A DNA stretch of 64,000 nt from a bacterium (GTDB taxonomy: Bacteria; Patescibacteriota; Minisyncoccia; Phycocordibacterales; UBA918). The notes under the pieces were generated by a model, which saw only the letters and a list, made by a program, of their open reading frames with translations, was not told the origin of the DNA and searched no databases. Shown here piece by piece: positions 1 through 9,000 of this stretch (position 1 is its first letter; every line of letters starts with the position of its first letter). Location: assembly GCA_043719295.1 (NCBI GenBank), contig JAYSUD010000001.1, positions 189,799-253,798 of the forward strand, in the 5' to 3' direction. A program made the translations under genes and the position numbers.

Positions 1-336
1 CGCGATATGTCGTTTTTGATGGAATACATTGTTCAGAATGAACCCGACATTTTAACGTACACTCGTGAAGATGTTGCACGTGTCTACGCAGAATCAGGTG
101 AGCACCACGATGCAGAAAACACGAACTACTACATTGACGAAATCCCTGGGCTTATTGGTTCAAAAACAGGTTACACAGAATTAGCAGGAGGCAATCTTGT
201 CATAGCTTTTAACGTTGGCTTAAATCGACCAATTGCAATTGTGATTCTTGGTTCAACCCAAACCGAACGATTTACCGACGTTATGAAACTAGTTGAAGAG
301 AGTCAGAAGTACGTACTCGCTTCAGAAACGCAATAG
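1..336 (+). CDS. D-alanyl-D-alanine carboxypeptidase (peptidase S11), C-terminal part, truncated by window edge
   Basis: KTGYT..AG motif of low-molecular-weight PBPs followed by IVILGS; upstream of mraY. Confidence 0.8.
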   Translation, partial: RDMSFLMEYIVQNEPDILTYTREDVARVYAESGEHHDAENTNYYIDEIPGLIGSKTGYTELAGGNLVIAFNVGLNRPIAIVILGSTQTERFTDVMKLVEESQKYVLASETQ

Positions 337-350
337 CATCACAAAAACTT

Positions 351-1409
351 ATGGAATACGCAATATTTAAAATCTTGATACCTGCAATTTTATCTTTTGT
401 GATAGGAATTATCATTACCCCACTACTTACTCACTATCTCTATAAACATAGAGTATGGAAAAAAGAAGGGGGCAAGACCGCGTTAAACGGAACTGTTGCA
501 ACTGAGTTCAACCGACTGAAAGGAAATGACGAAACAAAGACCCCACGAATGGGTGGCATCATTATTTGGGGGAGCGTATTTCTGACCGTACTGCTTCTTT
601 TTATCCTTGAGCGACTTTTCCCACAAACCCTCTTTGCAAATCTTGATTTCTTCAGTCGTGAACAAACATGGATACCCCTTTGTACCTTGGCAATTGGTGC
701 AGGCATCGGATTCCTGAACGATTATTATGATGTTCACCATGATGGAAAAGGAATACGTTTGTCAAAACGGATTCTCATGATTTCAATTCTCTCTGGACTT
801 ATAGGTTGGTGGTTTTACTACAAACTTGGCGTATCACACATCGGTATTCCATTTGATGGTTCGTTATACGTTGGAATACTTATTATTCCATTTTTCATCC
901 TCCTTACTAACGCACTTTATGCAAGTGGCGTTATTGACGGTATTGACGGACTTTCAGGCGGAGTTTTTACCTCAATCTTTTTAGCCTATGCAGGAGTTGC
1001 AGTCATTCAATCACAGTTTGAGATTGCTGCGTTGTGTGCAACTATCGCTGGGGCAACATTAGCGTTTACTTGGTTTAATGTTCCACCTGCTCGTTTTTGG
1101 ATGACGGAAACAGGGTCTATGGCACTAACCCTCACACTCTCAGTTATTGTACTCATGACTGACAACCTTGGTGATGGCCACGGCATCTCATTACTCTTTA
1201 TTATTGGACTTCCATTGATTGCAACTGTTGCTTCAAACGTTTTACAAATTTCATACCGCAAAGCAACCGGCAAGAAACTATTTAGAATTGCGCCACTTCA
1301 TCATCACTTTGAAGCTATTGGATGGCCCTCGTATAAGGTGACCATGCGCTATTGGATTATTAGTATTATGTGCGCGTTGCTTGGAGTTATCTTAGCTAGT
1401 ATTTTTTAG
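351..1409 (+). CDS. mraY: Phospho-N-acetylmuramoyl-pentapeptide transferase
   Basis: KTPRMGG, DGIDGL, FNVPPARF and APLHHHFE motifs; multi-TM. Confidence 0.95.
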   Translation: MEYAIFKILIPAILSFVIGIIITPLLTHYLYKHRVWKKEGGKTALNGTVATEFNRLKGNDETKTPRMGGIIIWGSVFLTVLLLFILERLFPQTLFANLDFFSREQTWIPLCTLAIGAGIGFLNDYYDVHHDGKGIRLSKRILMISILSGLIGWWFYYKLGVSHIGIPFDGSLYVGILIIPFFILLTNALYASGVIDGIDGLSGGVFTSIFLAYAGVAVIQSQFEIAALCATIAGATLAFTWFNVPPARFWMTETGSMALTLTLSVIVLMTDNLGDGHGISLLFIIGLPLIATVASNVLQISYRKATGKKLFRIAPLHHHFEAIGWPSYKVTMRYWIISIMCALLGVILASIF

Positions 1410-1419
1410 TAAAACATGT

Positions 1420-1526
1420 TTATAAAACTTCAGATACGAGGCGTGGAGGAGAATAAGGACGAGGCGTACGGGGAGTACGTTGAGTTCTTGGTCGACGACA
1501 ACAACGAAGTAGGTGAGGGTTTTAAA
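1420..1526 (+). repeat. Family A palindromic element copy A1 (divergent)
   Basis: Core GAGGCGTAC-gggga-GTACGTTGA, second GAGGC, AACGAAG; TAC/GTA pairing replaces the TTC/GAA of other copies. Confidence 0.75.
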
Positions 1527-1534
1527 CTTGTTTT

Positions 1535-2632
1535 ATGCAAAAAGGAGTAGACAGAACGTTACTCGGAATAATCATTTTTTTAGTGGTTTTTGGTTTTTTT
1601 GTATTCTCATCTGCTTCTTTAGGACTTCTCGCACGTGATGGAGCAAACTTTTCTTCCGTTGCATTTAGTCAGGTTGTCTTTGGTATTATCGGTGGCGGTT
1701 TAGCGATGTTTTTAACAAGCCAACTCTTTTATCGAAATTGGCGAAAGTACGCATTTCACATTTTTGTTGCAACAATACTTCTTGCGCTTGCAGTACACTT
1801 GCCATACATAGGAAAAGAGTACGGTGGAGCACGACGATGGATTGAGATTTTTGGTTTTTCGTTTCAACCTGCTGAACTCCTAAAAATTGGGTTTATTGTG
1901 TATATGGCAACCTGGCTCTCTGGGATACAGAAAAACATTCACACCTTTAAACAAGGAACATTACCGTTCCTTGGACTTACTTCTATTGTGGGGGTAGTAA
2001 TGCTCATCCAACCTGACACCGACACATTCTTAATCATGGCTACTGCAGCAACGGCAATGTTTATTACTGCGGGAGGGAGGTGGCGTGACGTTGCATTGAT
2101 GTTTTTTGGATCTATACTTCTTCTTGCACTCTTAGCACTTTCTCGCCCATACATCATGGACCGTATCATGACGTTTTTTAATCCAACGTTAGATCCTCAA
2201 GGAAAAAGTTACCAGATACAACAATCACTTATTGCCATTGGTTCAGGAGGGTTTACGGGAAGGGGATTTGGACAAAGTATTCAAAAGTTTGAATACCTTC
2301 CTGAACCAATTGGTGACTCGGTGTTCGCAGTATATGGAGAGGAATTTGGATTTTTAGGTAGTTCACTCTTAGTAATGCTCCTTGCATTTTTTACCTTCCG
2401 TGGATACAAAATTGCTTCACATGCAACAGACTTGTTTGGGATGCTGTTAGTTGTAGGGTTCATGACACTTATAGTTCTTCAAGCATTTTTAAACATCGCC
2501 GCCATGCTCGCCCTAGCCCCCCTAATGGGCCTCCCACTCCCATTCATAAGCCACGGCGGAACGGCCCTCTTAGCCACACTAGCCTCAGTTGGTATTGTAC
2601 TGAACGTATCAAAGTATCAGAAGAAGAAGTAA
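1535..2632 (+). CDS. ftsW: SEDS peptidoglycan glycosyltransferase FtsW
   Basis: GARRWI, FQPAELLK, QPD, LPEP..D and LPLPFISHGG motifs; dcw context. Confidence 0.93.
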   Translation: MQKGVDRTLLGIIIFLVVFGFFVFSSASLGLLARDGANFSSVAFSQVVFGIIGGGLAMFLTSQLFYRNWRKYAFHIFVATILLALAVHLPYIGKEYGGARRWIEIFGFSFQPAELLKIGFIVYMATWLSGIQKNIHTFKQGTLPFLGLTSIVGVVMLIQPDTDTFLIMATAATAMFITAGGRWRDVALMFFGSILLLALLALSRPYIMDRIMTFFNPTLDPQGKSYQIQQSLIAIGSGGFTGRGFGQSIQKFEYLPEPIGDSVFAVYGEEFGFLGSSLLVMLLAFFTFRGYKIASHATDLFGMLLVVGFMTLIVLQAFLNIAAMLALAPLMGLPLPFISHGGTALLATLASVGIVLNVSKYQKKK

Positions 2633-2667
2633 GCCACAGAGCGCAAGCGACAATGGCGAACTTCCGT

Positions 2668-2774
2668 CCCGATTTTTGCTGTTGACAGAGAACCTCACTA
2701 TCAGCCTCAGCGTTGCTGTGCTGATAGTAAGGTTCAGCAAAAATCGCTGGACGTCTCGAACGCTGAGATGACTC
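2668..2774. repeat. Family B structured element copy B1
   Basis: CGATTTTTGCT/AGCAAAAATCG stem, 9-nt bulge, 15/16-bp stem, apical GCCTCAGC-gtt-GCTGTGC, tail GCTGGAC..CGAACGCT. Confidence 0.85.
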
Positions 2775-2801
2775 GACGGCTTGCAGTGATTAGAATTTGT
2801 T

Positions 2802-2909
2802 CCCAATTTTCTGCTTCTGACCAAGAACAATACTTACTGCCTCAGCTTTGCTGTGCAGAAAGTATTGTTCAGCAGAAACCGCTGGAACTCTCCAACGCTC
2901 AGCTAACTC
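2802..2909. repeat. Family B structured element copy B2 (tandem, 134-nt period); extra tail fragment at 2927-2954
   Basis: Same architecture with different stem sequence (GAACAATACTTACTGC/GCAGAAAGTATTGTTC); CTGGAACTCTCCAACGCT repeated at 2882 and 2927. Confidence 0.85.
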
Positions 2910-3087
2910 CTGCTCTTTCTCAACTTCTGGAACTCTCCAACGCTAAAATGACTCCGTCTATATAACAAATATTGCTCATTTTTAAAAAAGATGTACGATT
3001 AAGTACAAATAGTTGTTCAAAGTTGTAGGAGATAGTTACAAACTTATTTTAATACCTATGAACAGAATGCCCGAATGGAGCGACTAC

Positions 3088-6000
3088 ATGACTTTTTTAA
3101 TATTGAAAAAAAGTGCGAGCTGTATGCTCGCGCTTTTTGTTTTATTGAGTCCAGTTTTAGTTAGCGCAGTAGAATCAGAAACGACAGTTTCTACTGAGGA
3201 AACATATAGCGTTGTTGAATCAGAAACTGATAGTGCGGCAGTGACTCAAAGTAAGGCAACAAAAGAAACTCCTCCTGCAGAGGCACCTCAACCAGTATCA
3301 CAAAGCTCTTCTGCAACTTCAGAAACTCAAGCGGGTACTTCGTATCTTTACGACCCTGGTGCACGCTCTGATTTCCCTAAAGTAAATACCCAAGATGGAT
3401 CAATGCAGTTTAGTTATGATGTTAAAGTGCCGCAAGGCAGAGGAATTACGACTCCCTCGCTTACTCTCAGTTACAATAGCAATTTTACCGCTCAAAACAG
3501 TGCCTTTGGTTACGGGTGGTCCATTTCTATTCCGAGTATCAAAAGAATGAATAAACAAGGTACAACGTACCTTTATTCAAAAAACTTTTTTGAATCGAGT
3601 TTTGATGGTGAACTAGTGCGTGTTTCTACATCAACATATTTACCCAAGGTTGATACAGGCAGTTATAGAAAATACAATTTTTCAAACAATGTTTGGACTA
3701 TTACAGAAAAAGATGGAACAAAATATATTTTTGGATCTACCACACAATCACGACACAATAACCCTGCAAGTAGCACGCAAATCTACGCATGGAATCTTGA
3801 AGAAGTTCGTGATACCAACAGTAATTATGCTTCGTATACCTACTTCAAAGATCAGGGACAAATTTACCCAAATACTATTACCTATTCAGGAAATAATGTA
3901 ACTCCGGGAGTATTTTCAGTTGTCTTCAACCGTCAAGCAAGAGGGGACGACATAGTGTCATACGAGACAGGGTTTATTGCAACTACTTCATTTAGAATAA
4001 ATCAAATTGAGACACAGCAGAGTAGCTCATGGCTGCAAAGATATGACCTAGGGTATACAACAGGAGCAAATAGTAATCGATCACTACTTTCTTCTGTCAC
4101 TCAATCAGGGAGAGATGAAAGTGGTGTAGTGTCTAGCTTGCCTTCAACAAATTTTTCTTATGAGACACAAACTACAGGAGATAAGCAGTGGACTACTGAT
4201 GCAAGCTGGACTATTCCTGAAAACTTTATAACTGGCTATGCAAACTTAGACGAAGGCGTCCGTGATTTTGATATTAACGGTGACGGACTCATCGATATTA
4301 TTAAATATAAAAATGCGAAGATTTCTCCTACATACGCAGCAACACCTTCACAAACCATCTGGCTCAATACAGGAACTAGTTGGGCTACAACTTCAACGTG
4401 GACACTACCTCAACCCATGGCAACAACCACACCATTTGCATTTGTAGGGTACGAACCAAGTCTGGGTATTAGTAGTGTCGATCTTGGCGCACGTTTTGCT
4501 GACGTTAATGGAGACGGATTCACCGATATTCTTTGGGGATATAAAACAGACACAACAGGAATGCCGTACCCGTATAATCATAATTTTGGAAAGGTGTATC
4601 TTAACAACAAAACAAATGGATTTACTGAAAGTGCTAATTATGCTCTCCCAACAGACATTCGATTTGTAGTACAAAATAAAGACGGAGGGGTACAAATTGC
4701 TGACATTACGGGAGACGGATTGCCAGACTTACTAAAATCATCCAAGATTGTAGCAAATGGAAGTACAACAATTTCAAAAAAAGTGTACGTAAATAATGGT
4801 GTCACATGGGTAACTGCTTCGACATCATGGAGTATTCCTGAGCTCATTTTAGATCAAGGAGAAGATGCGGGAACGAGGGTTATTGATATAAACGGCGACG
4901 GCCTTGCCGATATACTTCGTAATACCGCAAGTGATTACAATCAAGGAACGTTGCAAGTAAATAAAACATATCTTAACACTGGTTACGGATGGAAAGCAGT
5001 TTCAGATACTTGGGATTCACCAGTGCCATTTGTGTATCTCTTTCAAACACACGGAGTTCAATCGCTTTCACCTCGTTTTGTAGATATTAACGGGGATGGA
5101 CTTATAGACATCTATTCAAATCAAAGTGGATCAATCTATTCAAACACCTCAACCCATATAAACACTGGTGAAGGATGGTCTGATCAATCATCAACTTGGA
5201 CTGAGCCACAACTACTGAAGTTTACGTACGCAAACAATGGAACATGGGGTGCAGAGACAGGTGTTCGCTTGATGGACTTAGACGGCGACAACATGATCGA
5301 CTTTGTGAAGTCTGGTCCAAATAACACATACCCAACTGACAGTCACGAGAAAAAAGTGATGATCCATAATGCTACTGTCCCTGATTTGCTTAAAACAGTT
5401 GAGTACCCTGAAGGTGGATTGCTTCAGGTAAGTTACAAACAGTCTCCTTTGTACAAAAACAGTCTTAATAAAAATCGGAATCCGTTACTTCCTCGTGTTC
5501 TTAATACTGTATTTACACTTACATACGATGACAAAGTAACAACACCCTACACAGACACCTACTCGTACGACGGTGGTTCATACTTTTTTGGCTCATCAAC
5601 AAACAGGTACTTTGCAGGATTCGGAACTACTACTGTTGTTGATTCAATTGGAAACATTACAAAATCATATGCTCATCAAGGTAATACATCACAATCCCAA
5701 CTTGGTGAATTTCAAGACTCTGAAGTAAAAATCGGAAAGCAGTATAGTATCGAAAAGTTTGATGTTAACAAAAATCTGTACGCACGAACTATCTCACAGT
5801 GGGAAAGCTATAACCGTGGTAGTGGCGCGACATACGTCTATAAGACAAAGGATCTCACACAGCAATATGATGGTGATACCGACCACAAAGACACAGTAGT
5901 AATTTACAACGTAGGAGCAGCAGCAGGTAACCTAATTACACTCATTGAACTTGGAGAAGTAACTTCAACAACAACTACTGGTGCATTTGTTGACACAGGT

Positions 6001-9000
6001 ACTGACCGAAAAGATACAACATACCAATACGCACAAAATGCTGGACTTACTATTATTGGCCTACCTTCTAAAGAAACGGTAACCAATCAATCTGCAGTCA
6101 AAGTGAGAGAAACAAACTACTACTACGACAATCAAGTACTTGGCACTGCAACTCTTGGTAACGTAACAAAGAAAGAAGACTGGGTTGTTGGTTCAACATA
6201 CGTCAATACCAGAAGCACCTATAACAGCTATGGCCTTCCTACAAAATTGATGAACACCAAAGGGGCGACGACTTCACTTAAGTACGACACACTTAACTTA
6301 TATCCGACAGTTATATCTAATCCGTTGTTGCAAAGTGCAACAAGCTCTTTTGACTATACCAATGGAAGAGAGAAAACTTTATTAACTCCAAACAATGTTC
6401 TCTTTGAGACAAAGTTTGATGGACTTGATAGAGTAATCCAAACAAAAAAACCAGATCCTACTACAGGAGTAAGTACCATTGCAAGCGAACTAAGTTACGG
6501 AACTACGAGAAATGCATTTAATGTATTTTCTACATCCAACGTCACTCCTTCTGTAGCAGTACTTGAATATCAATACCTTGATGGCTTTGGAAGAAAAATT
6601 CAAAATCGAAAAGAAGCTGAAACAGCAGGTCAATACGCCGTATCTGATTACACGTACGGAAAAAACGGCAGGCTCATAAAAGCATCTCTCCCGTACTTTA
6701 GTAATGGTACAAATAAAACTTCACCAACATCACAAATAAACTTATATACTTCATACAAATATGATCCACTTGAGCGCGTAAGTGCTGTGGTGACAACTAT
6801 TGGTACAACATCAACTGCCTATGACCAATGGAGACAAACTGAAACAAATGCAAAGGGAAAACAAAAAGTGTATGTGTATGATGCATACAATAACCTTGTT
6901 GCTGTAGAAGAGAAGGAAGGTGTAAATACCTATACCACAAGTTACCTCTACGACCTTAATAAAAACCTTACCAAAGTTACTGACTCACTGGGGAACATTA
7001 GAAATGCCACCTATGACGGACTCAGTCGTCGCCTTACACTCCAAGATCTTCACGCAACTGCAGATACCACCTTTGGATCCTGGACATCAAGCTACGATAC
7101 AGAAGGGAACATAACTTCAATTACGGACCCTAAAGCTCAAGTTATCAATCGCACCTACGATACACTAAATAGACAACTCACAGAAAACTACACAGGGACT
7201 GCAGGTACAGAACTTACTTATGCGTACGACACCTGTACTAAAGGAATAGGATTCCTCTGTACTGCCAAAAACACTGATGCCACAACTACTTACAAATACA
7301 ATCCTGCCGGGGGAGTGTATGTACAAAATGAAACAGTTGGTAGTACAAAGTACACAGCTACAACAACCTACACACTAAGGGGCGACGTAAGTACTTCAAC
7401 TTATCCAGATCGCGCACAAGTTGTGTATCGATTCGACGGAGCTGGTAACATTACTGCAATAGGAGAAAAAGAACTCACGGGTGCACTTCATGACATAGTA
7501 ACCAACATTGACTACGGTCCACATGGACAAATCATCTACCGTGAAAACGGTAACGGTGTGTATACTAATTACGTGTACGACGCTAACGCCCTCTACAGAC
7601 TCAAAGCACAGAAGACAACCGCTGTTGCAGGCACCGGAGGAAGTGGTGTAGATCAACAAGCACTTGAGGCTGAGCTTATCTTCACACTTCCCCAAAGTAC
7701 AACAACTTTAAGTGATTATACGGGGAGTTTTGCCACCTCAAGTACTGAGGCGACATCAAGCGCAGTTGCTACTGATTTTGAAACTGTGGAAACTTCCGCT
7801 ACTTCGTCACAGAGTACAAAAGCAATAAACCAAGAAATTAAGTCTGCTACAACTACAACACAAATAAAAAAAGATGTCGCCACAACTACACAAAACAGCA
7901 AAGTTGACGTACCAGAATCAGAACGCATCAAAGATGTTCAGGGTGCAAAAATTGCGTCGTCACTCTTAGGTAAAAACTTCCTTGAACGTGCAGAGCTAAA
8001 AGCTCAAGCGATGTCTTTAGTTAAAATTGGAACTTCAACTCCAATAGTTGACAGTAAATTTGGTATAACTCTTGAAATTCAAGCAATTGAAAAAATAGAA
8101 AATGGGGTACAAGTATTTATCCGTGCATGGAAAAATGGAAAACAACTTGGCTTCGGGCCAGATGGTTCTATTGAAATTGAGCGTATTCGTATCATCAATC
8201 CACCGATTCTCGTACGACGCAACGGTCAACTTGTAGAGGACCTCAAGGTAGCACTTGAAGAGTCAGTACTCCATACTGTTGCAAGTATCGGACAAGAAAA
8301 CACATCAATTCTTGCAGGTTCAATCGGGAACACAACTACAACAGTCTATCCTGCTTCAGGTGCAATAAGTCCAGTTGATGGACGATGTTCAGAAGACAGA
8401 TACCCTAGTTGGACACAAGTTAGAGACAGCCTAAATTGTCGAATTAGTAGTGTTGTTGAAGCAAACGGCAATCTTTATAACACACTAGGTACCGGCAGTG
8501 GTGCTTCTAATTATGCAATCACAAGAAACTATACGTTTTTTGATACAAGTGCTATCCCTGATATGGATGCAATTTACTCTGCGACGTATTCGCTTTTTGG
8601 GAATGGACCAGGCGATACAAGTTTGGCAGGTACAGTGCAACGGGTTCATGTAGTAACTTCAAATTCTATAAATTCAAGTAACATCTACACCTCAGATTTT
8701 CCGAGTGTAGGGTCAGTATCATTAGGTGAATCTGACAATTCCTGGGACACTGCAAACTATAACGACTTCCCACTAAACGCAACGGGGATGAGTGCTGTAT
8801 CAAAAGTAGGAATTACAAAATTTGCTATCCGCGGTCACTATGACTTGATGGATATTGTTCCCGACAACGCAAACGAATTCAGTGTTGGTTTCTACTTTGC
8901 AGATCAAGCCGGAACAACCAATGATCCAAAACTCATTGTGCAACACACTGCAAACGCAATTCCACTTCCACCTATATTGCTTAGAACCGAAGGAGTTGCT

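Noticed and set aside
2492-2587. DGR variable region
   Set aside because: Changes appear synonymous in a core gene, and no reverse transcriptase or template repeat is in the window.
2633-2960. CRISPR array
   Set aside because: Units are long covarying hairpins without identical repeats and unique spacers; no cas genes in the window.
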